64,000 nucleotides of DNA from Azolla caroliniana (lineage: Eukaryota; Plantae; Polypodiophyta): positions 4,588,001 through 4,652,000 of the forward strand of contig JBHGNT010000011.1 in NCBI GenBank assembly GCA_043228905.1, in the 5' to 3' direction. The position numbers and the translations under genes are program-made. Positions 25,849 through 39,159 of this stretch are shown piece after piece. The notes under the pieces are model-generated. The model searched no databases. It saw nothing but the letters and a program-made list of their open reading frames with translations, and had not been told where the DNA came from. How positions within the stretch are numbered: the stretch's first letter is position 1; the number at the start of each line of letters is the position of its first letter.

Positions 25849-28577
25849 CGATATGGCAAGCACTCACAGACTGTGAGATCACATTGACCATGGATAACCT
25901 TTTACGATTGGTTCCACAATTCCGATAGGTGGTAGAGAATCGTATACGGGGTACCGACGGACTAGAAATCTCGGCCGATTTCACAGAACCCAGTACCGGC
26001 CTAGCAGTGGTAGACCACCATAACCCGGCCATCAAAATGGTATGTCAGGGCCAAGAAATAACGGGATGCATTGTGGATGGTGGTTCCGGCGTAAATGTCA
26101 TCAGTAAAACCACTTGTGCTAGGTTGGGCATTACAGACTGGGAAGCATGCCCATTCTGGCTCCAAATGGAAGACACGCGCTCTGTCAGATCTTTAGGTTT
26201 AATTCGGAAGCTAAGGATCATAGTTGATGACCATCATTTTGAGATTTCTAAGGTCGTCCTCACGCTAGATGCCCCAGGAGCATACCGAATTTTGTTAGGC
26301 AGACCATGGTTACGGTATGCTAATATCAAACAGAACTGGTAGCATAATTGCATCAGCTTGAGATGCGGGCGAAGCACGGTCTGCATCCTGACGCAGGAAA
26401 CATCCGCACCGACCAAAGCTATAATGCCACTATATGTGGAAGAAATTAATATGTTGGAAGGTCTAGAGGATACAGAGCTGGAAGCGTACCTCGACGGAAA
26501 CCCGCAGATAATACCATTATTTGAAATGGACGTCCTCGAGGCCGCTAGTGAGTACGCCCCAACAAGTACACCCTAAGAAGAGGAATATGAACCGGATCCC
26601 GAGTCTATGATGGAGCTAAGCAAAGCACGAGAAACATTCAAGAAGGAAATGGAAATCTCGCGAAGGGTTACCGCGTCCGCATTGGAGGTTCATCGGGAGT
26701 TAGCAAAAGTGAGGTTGGGTGCCATAGATATGGCAATCAAAAATAAAAATGTTTGGAAATAGGTAAAAGTGAGCCAGGAACAATTGAACAAGGCAGAGGA
26801 GTGCATCGCGCAACTAGAGAACAATGCGGCCAGTACGGGACCCCCTCCGGCCCCTGCCCCGCACGACATGGAAGTTTAGACGCTAAGGGAATAAGTGGAG
26901 GCCCAACCAGCACTCACGGAAAAGGCAAAAAGGGCTACGAAGCTAGCCGAAATGGAGATTGACTGCCTCAGATCAGAGTTGTGCCAATCATCTGACATAG
27001 AAGTAGACATCAGGGTGAAAGGACGCAAGGCGGTCAAAACACTTCAAGAAAACCACATGGCCGAACAAAGGATGAGAAGGAAAAGTTGTAGGAGGAAGCA
27101 AGTAAAAAGGACGCTGTCAGTACAACGTTACAAGAATTACCACAAAAGAAGGCAATGTAGTATGAAGAGTAGCTCACAAATGAGCATGAACAAACCCACC
27201 AAGTTGAAATACGCCTAAATAATGAAATGGGCTGGCTCGAGGAACTGCACTTGAAGGAGTCCTTGATCTCGGCACAAATGAAGACCCACTATGAAGGGGT
27301 GACGATAGCCAACAAAAGGAAAATTGAGAATCTGAAGAAGGCTCTGGAGGAGTCTCAAGCCCGTTTCCAAATATAGATGGACCGGATTCCCATACTCCAC
27401 CAAAAGAAGTAGGAATGGTTTATGGCGCAGCTACAAGCAACCTTGGACAAAGGCTAGGCCGGATGGTCAAAACAAACGGCCGAACTCCACACCTACTAAC
27501 CGGATTGGGAAAATTAGCGCAAAGAAGATAAAGGCTTCTATAAGCTAAATGAAGAGAGCCTCGTTGCGGTATGAGAAGACCTAACGTAGGACTATCACAC
27601 GTTAGCTGACCGACACACACAGGAGATAGCACAATTGCTGGAAGATTTCGGCGAAAGTCAGGAAGATATCTTCCACCAGTTGTGCGCGATCGGAAGTGAG
27701 CATCAAAAGGCAGAGGAAGTGAAAAGGGTGGAGACTATTACCGTACAGGACAGCAACTCCACGGAGCAAAACAATCCTCCAACTAATCCTAATGATGCTG
27801 CCGAGGTAACAGCCATGCCGGAGGCCCCCTCGCAGGAAACAAGCCCGGAAGAGTCACGCCCAAATGTTTGTCCACGCCCAACGACAGAGCTGCCAAGAAA
27901 CGTCGTTTCCTCGCCAACAGACGCAGTACCAGCCGAGCCCATCATGGAGATGGTGTGAGAAGAGGACCATGTGGAAAACGATGCACCGGCAGAGTAAAAC
28001 ATCGGCAAGCTCACTCAAGTCACGCCAACGGACGATAACGCGCAATCGGAGTCAAACACTCTCGACATTTTGGATGATGACTTAGGAAAGGGTGGGTCCG
28101 ACGTGCCACGACACTGTCCCACAAGCGTGCTAGGTGTTGTCATGTAAATAACGCATGGGAAAGAAATGTATTATTATACTAAGAGTGTTAAGTAACGCGT
28201 GCAACAGTTCACGCAGGAAGCGTAACCGACTAAGCCTTGTGTATATAAAGGGTAGAAGAACAGTCTAATAGCTAGCGCCTTTTTGAGCATACTCGCTAAT
28301 AGAGTTTTGTCTTCTCTGATATTGTATGTCTTTTCTATTCCCTGTTATCTCTTTGTGACTGCATAAGCGTAACCATATAGGGTAAGTATGTGGTGCATAG
28401 TTACACATTTGAGGAGCTCGGTTGAAGCCGTCTCCCATTCACTCCCTTAGTAAATACGCTCTAACAATATAAGTCACTACGTCCAGCGGGCAATGTGTAT
28501 CCCTATCCCTTGAACCACGATCACCTTGATACCTACCCCGAAGGACTGAGGGTAGGCCGTGTTCCTAACCGGCAACA

Positions 28578-29901
28578 ATTGGCAGTCTAATGTATGTTAT
28601 GGTCTGCACAAGACTAGACAGAGCTTTTGTTGTGGGAATAGTAAGACGATACATGAGTAATCTAGGACGAGAACACTAGGCAGTGGTGAAATGGATACTC
28701 AAGTATTTAAAAGGCACCTCGAGTGTGTGTCTTAAGTATGGTGTCAGAAAACCCATGCTTGAAGGGTTTACCAACTCTGACATGTTGGGGGATGTAGACT
28801 CAAGATGATCCATGTTAGGGTACGTGATGACCTATGCAGGGGGAGCAGTCTTGTGGCAGTCACAACTGCAGAAGTTTGTCGCTTTGTCGACCACAAAGGT
28901 AGAGTAAATGACAACGGTAGAGGCCGACAAGGAGCTGATTTGGATGAGAAACTTTCTCAGCGAGTTGGGAATGAAGCAAAGGGATTTCTTGGTTCTTTGT
29001 GATAGGCAGAGTGCCATACATGTAGCCATGAATGCTTCATACCAATCCCGAACCAAGCACATACAGAGAAGGTATCACTGGTTACGGGAGAAAGTCGAAG
29101 AAGGAGAGTTTACCATCGTGAAGATCCATACTAACGACAATGGATCCGACATGCTGACAAAAAACCTACTGATGGACCGACTTAGAGTCTGTCGACAGAG
29201 GACAAGAATAACGGACTCCTCCCCCATAGGAGTGAAGGAGGAGTTTGTTAGGAATATGTCCCTCCAATGGGAGGAGCCGACTGCTCGGAGAGAGCTGACA
29301 CTCGAAGACAGGGAGCAGCCGATTGATTGGATGAGAGCCGACGGTTGAGGAGTCGACTCAAAGAGAGTTGATCAAGGTCGAAGACACGACTGGCTAGTTG
29401 GACTGACCGGATGGTTGACGACCAAGCAGACTAGTCAGACCACCCTAACAGTTGACGAATGAGTCTGCTTATTACTAAGACTACTATTATTATTATTGGA
29501 TAATAATAATGGCCATGATTGTAAATAGCCCATTTTGTGTATTAGTATAAATACACCTAGGGCAAACAAAACATGTAGAGATATATGGGTGAACCTCTAT
29601 AGTTTAGGGAAAGCATGTGAAGAGAGTGTGTGGGAGCGTGAGTGAGTGAGCGGCACCATAGTTGTGCTTTAGAAACAACATACGCCAAGAGCCCTGTGAG
29701 GTTGTTTACACTCTGTGTAGAGAGTGTTGTACTTTGCTCTTGCTATTGTATATCCACTGTATAGTGAAGCTCCGCTCTCCGTGGTTTTCTCCAACTTTAC
29801 GGTTTTTCCACGTTAAATCCGTGCACACTATTTTATGTGTTTTAGAGTGGTGTATTTCAGTATATTCCTTTTCTTGTGGATTGATGATTTACTTCTCAAC
29901 A
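28578..29901 (+). mobile_element. Copia 3' fragment: late RT/RNase H plus 3' LTR 29246-29901
   Basis: IGSLMYVMVC, RTKHIQRRYHW; PPT GAAGGAGGAG; LTR TGTTAGG...CTCAACA related to 36750-37431. Confidence 0.88.
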
Positions 29902-29918
29902 CAAATTACACTACGACA

Positions 29919-31710
29919 CCACCTCATAGTGGAGAGAGTGAAGACTTCGGGTCTATTTCCTATAACGTCAATGCTCCTAGAAGTCTATCTTTGTCTGGAG
30001 CTTCAGGTTGTAGCCAATGGCCATCAACCGGTCTAGTCCGGCTTGAGACATATGGCCTAGTCAACCATGCCATAGGTTTGAGTCCCGCGATTCAGCTATG
30101 TTCACAACCCCTTCTAGACTGATCGCCATCAATGGATACAAGTTGTTGTACCGCAACCGATTTTCCCTCGATTGATCGTCCACGACAACTCACTGAGAGT
30201 CGTTCAGTACCTGCCTTTGGCTAACATGCTGATGGAGACCAAACTCCTTTTGAGATCGGGTATATGTCAGACTTGGTGCAAGATTATCATGTTTCCGTTT
30301 GACAAATCAATTGGTAATTTGCCCATTTCAGAAATTTTGCATTCTTTCCCATTGCGAGTCAGATAGTGTCGTCGGCTCTTGCTGAATAGTTTGAAAACCA
30401 TTTGATATTTGGGGTCACGTGAAATGTGGCATCAGAGTCTAGTGGCCACGTTCGCGCATCTTGTGCGCTATAGAGGATGTCTCCGCTCGATGAATCTTCC
30501 AGGGAGGGGATTTCTCCCAATTGGGATTCAACAACATTGATTTGGTTGCCGGTTGGAGAACGGTTCGAGTTAGATCATCCTGAGCTCCACACGAATCGCC
30601 GATCATTTTCCTTCCTCTTGATTGACCACTAGTCAGAAATGTTGTGACTAGTTTTTCTGCAATGGGTGCAAAAATCACTTCGTCGGCTATTTCTCTCGAT
30701 TTCGACCGATGTCGGTGTCCCCTACTCCTCAGTCGACTTCTAGTTCTTTCGTCTTGATCTCTCAATTGACTAGATCGATAGATCAACTCGTTCGAATTGT
30801 GAGCTTTTGCCGACTCGTCCATGGTGAGCCCCATCAATTTTCATCAAATGTCCTCTGTGAGGACTTGTCTGATTGTCTCATCTAAATTTAGATTCAGACA
30901 ACTATTGGCAAAAATCATACACAACACCTTCCAACTCATTGGCAAGCTCGAAAGCAGGGCAAGGGCTTTCACTTCTTCTTCGAAGTTAATCCCTTGGGAG
31001 GAGAGTTCGACCAACACCTAATTGAAATTGTTGATGTGAGAGGTTGCCGGATCCGTCTCTCTCATCTTCATATTGAACAGTTGGTGGATCAATATGAGCT
31101 TCGATGAAGAGGCAAATGGTAACGTCTCTCTAGACCATGCTTAAGTAGAATTTCTCGGCTAGATGCAATCAGATGGTCGACCTGGCTATTTCGTCCAAGG
31201 AGCACCATTCGTTTGTTGTCATCAAGGTTGGCTTGTTGCTATATCGTATTGCCTTGATTTCACTACGGATGATCAATAACTCCTGCATCATCTCCTTCCA
31301 TAAGTCAAATTTTTTGTTGTCAAACTTTCGGATCTCTACACCTGTGGTGGATGTTGAAGCCATGTTCTATAGGAAGCAAGATTTGTTGACCTTGTCCTTT
31401 CCTTCAATCGTTTCTTCTCTTCTCAAATTTATGTTGTTGTTGCTGTTGAACTGCAAGTCACTCTGATACCACTTGTTGAGTATTGAAGTTGATGTTGTGG
31501 AATAAGATTGAAGACTTGTTAGTGTGTCTAGGAAACAACACAAGTAGTGACTAAGATAGAGATATGCTTAGAGAGTGAGAGAGAGAGATGTGCTTAAAGA
31601 AGACTACCTTACATTTATTTTCGAACATCTTTACAATGCTCAGTCTCTCCCTTATATAGTTCGCGTAACTTAGCCCTAACTGTGAGGACGTGTCCACATT
31701 GGGATACAAG
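29919..31710 (-). mobile_element. Copia element A, 5' half (LTR from 31474, PBS, gag, protease, pre-integrase)
   Basis: PBS TGGTATCAGAG at 31461-31471; gag KFDNKKFDLWKEMM; protease DSDATFHVT; LWHG*LGHMS; outer LTR end uncertain. Confidence 0.8.
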
Positions 31711-32229
31711 TGGGTAGAGAGGGACTTTTGGCCGAGCAGACACGACAAAACACAACAGAGAAGGAAGAGATGAGACGACAGATAGAAGACAAGAAGGGAG
31801 GGCCCAACGTTAGCCGCGGCTCCAAACTTATGTTACTTTCTTTGAGCTCATTCACTTATGTCACTTTCTTTGGACGAACCGAGCTCAACAACGAGAGAGA
31901 AGGGATGAGCTCTAAGCACCTAAAACCCTGAACAAGAAAAAAGAGAGGAAGACTTTTTATGAACACCCCTCTCCCTTTTATAGCCAAAGGGAAGATGTAT
32001 CATTTACATTGAATGAGGCAAATATTCCTCGCTTTTCAGACGGGAATATTTGGGCCACAAATTAAGGCCCTGATTGATTTGGGTCGATTCAGCCATGTGC
32101 TGCATTTACTCCTGTTTCCGCTCACTCACACACACACCTCACTACCTATTTCCATTTACACCCATGTTTTAACCGAAATACCTTTCTCGTACTTCCATCT
32201 ATGTGTGCATGTGCTGCAATAGATACCTT

Positions 32230-33230
32230 CATATGTGCACATGTTGCACATAACCGTTTTCCCCCTTTCCTCCGATTTTTCTCACCATTGTACATCTTCA
32301 CAACAATGCCATTGGTATGAGTCCTACAAAGTGCAGAAGTGAAGTTCATCCATTTTTGGGGTAGACCCATTGCTAGCATCATGTTCTCCAGGAATGCCTA
32401 GAGTACTCTATCGTAGGCCTTCTCAAAGTCTACCAACAAAATAGTAGGGCTCGAGACAGAACGATTTGCCAATGCCATAGCTTCCCATAGCAACAACACA
32501 TTATGAAAGATGCACCTGCTGCTAATAAGCCATGTTTGACTTTCATGAATGATGTCCGGTAGGAACCTTGCCATCCATTGAGCTAGGATTTTCTCAAGTA
32601 TCTTGTATGCCATGTTAAGGATCGGGATCGGGTGCCATTGGCGTAGCTCTACACACCACTCTGTCGCTTTGGGGATAAGATCGATCATCCCCTCAACCAA
32701 ACTGGTGGGCATCTTTCCTGAGGTCTAGATCTCCTAAATCTCGACCTCAAGAGACAAGATAATGGTTTCCTAATGAATTTCCAAGAAAACCCTTGAGAGA
32801 CCATCGAGGTTGGGGCATGCCCCTCTCCACAGTTCCCTTAGCATCTCTGAGGGTTCTGTTGGAGAAATGGGACTGTCGAACACTTCTTCCATCTCCTAGG
32901 TTACCTTGGGGTGAATGCAGGCAATCCATGTTTTGCATCAGAGGCACTGGTGTGAATAGGTCTTGATAGTAGTACACTGCCATATGCAAAATTTCATCCT
33001 TGTCCTCCGTAATTGAGTGGTCTGGTTTGTGCAACACTTGTATGCACCCACCACCACCCTTGGGAGCCCTGTTCGTAAAAGAAATGTCAGTTGACTTGGT
33101 CGTCTATATTAGCCCACCATGTTGCAACCCTTCTAAACAACATTTGCTTCTTCTCTAGCATTTGTTCCCTCACCTTTGCCCTTGCTTTTTCTAACCTTGC
33201 CCTAGACCACTTGCAGTATGGGTCTCCCCC
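32230..33230 (-). pseudogene. L1-type LINE ORF2 fragment (RT N-terminal part)
   Basis: LIPKA..WHPIPILNMAYKIL and LLVDFEKAYDRV motifs. Confidence 0.85.
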
Positions 33231-36200
33231 TGTAGTCGTGACCGCCACGACACGACTCCCCCTGCATAGGTCATCATGTACCCTGATGTGGATCAGCTTG
33301 AGTCTACATCCCACGACACGTCTAAGTCGGTAAAACCTTCGAGCATGGGTATTCCGACATCATACCTTAGGCATATCCCCAAGGTGCCTTTTAAGTACTT
33401 GAGTATCCACTTCACCGTTGCCCAGTGTTCTGTTCCTGGATTACTCATGTCTGGTCTCGTGCAAACCATAGCATACATTAGACTGCCGACGGCTGAGGCA
33501 TATGGTACTTTCCTCATCTCAACCATTTCTCTCTCCCCTCTCGAGCATTGCTTTACATTTAACTTGCAGTTAGTTGGTAACACAAAGCCGACCGAATTTG
33601 CTTCCGACATGTTGAATCTTTCTAGGATCTCCGTCACATATTTCTCTTGTGACAACCACAACACTTTCTTAGTTCTATGTCGAACTATGTGCGTCCCTAT
33701 GATTTCCTTTGCCAGTCCAAGATCTTTCATGGGAAACGACTTGCCTAATGCTTTCTTCAAGCTCAGGATCTTCTTCGTGTCTTTTCTGACTATCAACATG
33801 TCATCCACATATAACAAGACAAGTAAGAAGTCGCCTTCATCGTACCTTTTAATGAACACACAGTGATCAACCATTGTTTTTTGGAACCTATGTTCCACCA
33901 TGGAAGACCCAAACTTCTTGTACCATTGGCATGGACCTTGTTTCAACCCATACAAGCTTTTCTTAAGTCGACACACTAGGTTCTCTTTCCCTTTCTCCTC
34001 AAAGCCTTCGGGTTGATGCAGTTAGGATGGACATCATCTTCACAACTGATGCAAATATTTTGTCGAAGTCAACACCCTTTTTCTGTTGGAACCCCTTCAC
34101 CACAATGTGGGCTTTAAATCTAGATGTGTTGTCAACTTTTACAGTCTTCATCTTGTAGACCCATTTATTCTGGAGTGCTCTCTTACCTTTTAGTAGCTCT
34201 ACCAGGTCATAGGTGTAGTTCTCATGCAAGGAGTCCATCTCATCTTGCATGGCTTCTTCATAGCACTCCGGCTCGCCTTCATCAATCAAGAGGATGTATT
34301 GACTGGCATATGTCATCGGTGCTCTCCTTTCTCTGAGTGGGTATCTCCTTCTACTCGTTGTTGGCTCTAGTTCGGATGACTCTACTCTCAGCTCGGGTTC
34401 ATATGTGTTGATTGGTTGTTGAGGATTTGCCAATTCTAACTTGTAGTCTTCGATCGACTTCCATAAATCTGCCAACTTCAACTCATCTATATTTTTCGGT
34501 TGCCCCAAGTCCACCGACTTAGATTTGGGTATGCCGACTGGCTGTCTCCAAATAGCCGATTGTGTCGGTTCACTTGGCCTTAAGTCGATGGTCGTGGGAG
34601 TCGATTGGGAAGTCGATTCTGACTTCTCTTGCTTCCAGTCCTCAATCATCTTCTCTTCCAACAAGACTACGTCCCTACTTCTCACTACTTTCTTATCAAC
34701 TAAGTCCCACAGCCTGTAGCCAAACTCATCTTCCGAGTATCCCATGAATATGCATGGTTTTGACTTACTGTCAAGCTTTGACCTCTGATCCTTAGCCACA
34801 TGCATATACACTAAGCATGTGAACACCCTCAGGTGTTGGTAAGAGACATCCTTTCCTGTCCACATCCTTTCCTGTCCACACCCTTTTTGGGACATAACCT
34901 TTCAATGGTACTGAGGGAGACATGTTGATCAAATAAACAGTTGTATACATCGCCTCACCCCAATACGATTTCGGTAGTTTGGCATGAGAAAGCATGCTCC
35001 TTACTCTCTCCCTGATTGTTCGATTCATCCACTCTGCAAGTCCATTTAACTTAGGGGTCTTCGGTATTGTGTATTCGACCCGAATACATTGGGCCTTGTA
35101 CTATTCCTCGAACTGCCCTTTATATTTGTCACCATTGTTGGTTCGAATAGCCTTCAACTTCTGGCCTGACTCCCGTTTGGTTCTAACCTAGAACTCCTAG
35201 AATATTGACAGTACTTGATCCTTGGACTTCATTACGAAGGGACATGTCTTTCGACTATAGTCATCAATAAACTTTACGAAGTACTATGCCCCTCCATGCG
35301 ATGGATCATCTACATATCACACACATGTGTGTACTAGTTCTAGTGCAACTTCTCTTCTTCTTGGTGGGCTTGTGGGGAATGCCTCTCAGTTCTGCTTTTC
35401 GGCTAAGCAGTCGATACATTTCTCCAAGTGAACTCCCTTCACTTGTGGGAGAAGTTCCTGGTCGGCTAGGATGTGCATTCCATTCTCACTCATGTGGCCA
35501 AGTCTTTTGTGCCATAACTCTCCACTCAAGTAGGCTGCAACATTCACTTCTGACTTCACAGTCGGGCATGCATCATATATAGTGTGCCCTCTTTCTATGC
35601 TCTGGCCACTATGAGCATAGAACTTCCACTTGTCGTTCCAGAAGCTAATACTATAGCCTTCGTCGTCCAATCTTCCAGTCGATATCAGATTAATTCGGAT
35701 ATTGGGGACATGTCGAACTTCCCTCAGTATCAGTCGACATCGTCAAGCACACGCTTCCAATGCGGGCTATCTTGCACTCTCGATGATCTCCCATCTTTAC
35801 ATAGCCATGATCCCTAGCCATGTAAGTTGAAAAACACTCTCTCGACGTAGTTATGTGGAATGATGCACCCGAGGTGCACTCTTCTCTTGCAAGATTTCAC
35901 AAATGAATAGGATCTCCTCTACACTTGTAGCTACGGTCGATGTGCTCTTTTCATTAGGAATATTCCTAGGTTCTACATTATTGCCGACACTCTTGTCCTT
36001 CTTGAGATGTCGGTGGTCCTTCTAAAAGTGTCCAGGCTTTCCACAATAGAAGCATGTTATCTTACCTCTAGATTAGAATCTGCCGTTAGACATTTCTCTC
36101 CCTTGCCAGTTCCTTCCTTTACTAGTATGTTCAGTCAAATTTGACTCCGACTAGGACAACATACTCCTGTCCTTCCTTATTGTCTCCTCGTTGAAAATTC

Positions 36201-37431
36201 TTGTCTTTACCGCTCATAGAGACAAGTTCTCTTCTTGACACGAGGTGCTTAGAGTCACCACCAGGTTCTCCCAGTTGTCCGACAAGGTACACAATAGCAG
36301 GATGGCCTGCATTGCATCTTGAATGGGAAACTTAGTTGCCGCAAGTTGATTCACATACCCCATGAATGTGCTTATGTGTTCGACAATGCTCTCACCATCT
36401 CTGTATTTCAGCCGTACAATCTTTCTCATTAGTGAGGTTTTATTGAGGGTGTTCTTCCTCTCATATAGACTTGATAGCTTCTGCCACATCTCGTTCCCCA
36501 CATGGCGAAGGACACTTACATCGACGCATTGTCCGATGGTGGCCACCACCTTTCTGTTAAGAGGTTTCCATTCTGACTTTAATACCCCCGTGGGTAATTC
36601 TGTGTTGTCGATCGGCTCGTACAGGTCTTTGACTATGAGAAGGTCCTCCACCTTTATCTTCTAGTCTGCATAGTTCTAAGAGTTTAGAACTATCATGCCT
36701 GGGAAGTCACTCACACCTCTTCCATACTTGCACCTCAAACTTTGATACCTGTGAGAAATAAACGGTTAACTTGCAAGAAGAATACACTAAAATACACAAC
36801 TCGAAACATACACCCAAGAACAGTGTACACAGACTTTACATGGAAACCCTAAATGGGGAAAACCACGGGACCAAAGCTTCACTATATAGTGGATAGACAA
36901 AACAGAGAAGATTACAACACTCTCTATGGAGTGTATTAGCCTCAAAAGGCTCTTGGTGCCTGTTGTTTCACACACACAGCTATGGCGCCACTCACTCACT
37001 CCTCTCTCTCTCTCGCTTCTCTGAGAACAAAGGCTAATCACTTATTCTGTTCGACTCTATCTATGTTTTTGCCCTAGATATATTTATACTTATACATGAT
37101 ATGGGCTATTTACAAATGTAGCCCCTACTACACATCAGTACTATTATTATCTATAATAACAAGTAGCGACCAGCCGACTCTAGTATCGAATGTTCAATCG
37201 ATCCAAACCTGGTCATTGACCATCTGGTCAGCCCGACTAGTCGGTCATGTCTTCGACCTAGATCTCCTTTCTGTCGACTCACCCAGTTGACTCTCATAGT
37301 CGACTTTCTCCCAGTCGACTCTTCAACCATCGGCACTCGGCCCGAACAATTGGCTCCTCCTAGTCTTCGGTTGTCAGCACTTCTTGGCCCAAACAGTCGG
37401 CTCCTCCCATTGCAGGGACATTCTCCCAACA
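33231..37431 (-). mobile_element. Degenerate Copia element B, 3'-truncated, inserted in the L1
   Basis: 5' LTR 36750-37431; PBS remnant GGTATCAAAG; gag, PR, INT and RT (LYVDDML) fragments; ends at the start of RNase H. Confidence 0.9.
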
Positions 37432-37677
37432 TTTTCCCCAAATCCTCATTGGGTGGTTCACCTACAATGGTCTCCCTCCATATTCTTTGCAGACACTCTT
37501 TCACATTACACTCTTCATGAGCTTTAGTTGCTCCTAATGGGCAGGTTATGGTCTAGCCTCATTGGTTGGTGATCAAAGAAGGTAACTCTTGCCAAGACAA
37601 CGATGGATCCCTTCATCTCTTCTAGGTTCGAGCTGACATATATGCGGTCTAACCGTGAAAGTTCTTGTGAATGTAAA
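37432..37677 (-). pseudogene. L1 endonuclease C-terminal fragment
   Basis: SRLDRIYVSS...FDHQP (SRLDR...SDH motif). Confidence 0.75.
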
Positions 37678-39159
37678 TGTGCGGAAGCGTTAGACAGAAC
37701 CTGCTCACCTAGATAGCAACAGAGAATAAGAGGTTTAATGGAAAATATTAATACACAAAGAGAGTATACACAGGGGAGACAGAGAGAGCGGAACGTAAAA
37801 CATTTATTCAAAATAACTCTCCAACTCTATACATACAACGTGCTAAACAACACTATTTATAGAAGTCCATAAAGAGTTGACAGAAGTACTGACAAGTACT
37901 TAAATATTCCTACGTGCTACTAACACTAACTACGAGACAATGATTACCTAGTAGTCTAGGCTACTACTAGGCTTTCAGTTCCGCTCGAATCCGGCTCTCC
38001 AATCCATCTCCCCAATCTGGCCGGTTGTTTCTGGATACCATCCGGCTCATCCTTCCAAATGCCGATCCGGCTCATCCTTCCAAATGCCGATCCGGCTCAG
38101 GCTTCTTTAGCCGATCCGAATCCGGTTGAACTTGCTCACTTAACACTCCCCCTCAAGCTCAACTTGAGCTCAGATCGTGGTGTTAGTGTCCGTGGCAGCC
38201 GGTTCTTCTACCCGGCTCCTTCAGGTGTCGCTCGGCCTTTCTCGCACTCCTCGTCCAGTCTGGTCCTATTTATTGTGACCCTTCTGGTTCTGCGCACCTC
38301 AACCTCCTCGATCGGCTTGTCTACTCAACAAGCCCATTTTAGCTCCCTTGCTACTGCAACTCCTGCGCTTGTTGACCCGTCGATTCCTCCATGTTGGCGT
38401 TGACTTCTGCTGTGTCTGTGTCCGCTTGGCCTTTAGTTGATCCGGCTCCTCCAAATCCAACTGTTGAAGTGAATCAGTTGTCTCCGATTCGTTCCCACAT
38501 TTGTCCAAGTTGGTGTTCTCCAACTCGTCTTCTGGTTTCAGGCCCTTCACCACATCAAACCATGTCTGGGTCTTGGCCTTCTCCTTCCGGTCGGCTCTGT
38601 CCTTCTTGACTCTGTCGCCGCTACCGCTTGTTCCGACTTGTTCGGATGTGCCGACTTCCTTCGTCGACTTGACTTCCTTTTTCCCTTTGTCTCCTCCTTT
38701 GTTGGTTCGTTCTTCCTCTTCGGCTCCTTCTCCGGTGCCACCTGTACCCTTTCCTTTTCTCCCCCTCAAGTGCGGCACGTCGAGATGTTGAACACCGAGC
38801 ATTTCGGTGAAGTGTTGCAACTTGTCCGATCCGAGCGGTTTGGTGAAGATATCGGTAACTTGCCGATTCGTCTCAACATACCGAAGTTCAAATTCACTGC
38901 TCAAAACCCACTCACGCACGAAGTGATAATGTACTTCTATATGCTTTGTCCGAGCATGGAACACGGGGTTCTTGGTGAGCTGAATGCTCCTCATGTTGTC
39001 ACAGTAGATCAAGATCGGGGTCGGTACCTCAATCCGCAGGTCTTGCAGTAGTCGTCAAAGCCAGATGGCTTCACAGGTCGCATTGGTAGCACCTCGGTAT
39101 TCAGCCTCAGTGCTCGACAAAGCCATTGTTGGCTGCTTTTTGCTACTCAACGCAACAAC
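37678..39159 (-). mobile_element. Copia element C, 3' part (3' LTR 37678-38145, RNase H plus extension)
   Basis: LTR TGTGCGG...TTAACA with a 25-bp tandem repeat; PPT at 38146-38157; ORF 38299..39012. Confidence 0.9.

Larger units (their letters stand above)
18680..28577 (+). mobile_element. Degenerate non-chromovirus Gypsy lacking RT-RH-INT; relative of the 55295 element
   Basis: 5' LTR remnant ending GGCAACA at 18766 matches the 3' LTR end at 28577; PBS TGGCATGCC at 18771; gag 19100-20470; protease IVDGGSGVN at 25929-26342; coiled-coil ORF remnants 26700-28080; 3' LTR start uncertain (~28100-28135). Confidence 0.82.

Noticed and set aside
31710-32230. Possible promoter or separate element between Copia A and the L1
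   Set aside because: LTR-like composition, but no termini, TSD or partner could be defined
34845-34880. 16-bp tandem duplication in Copia B integrase (also 9-bp at ~18400 and 15-bp at ~18695)
   Set aside because: Ordinary slippage in decayed copies
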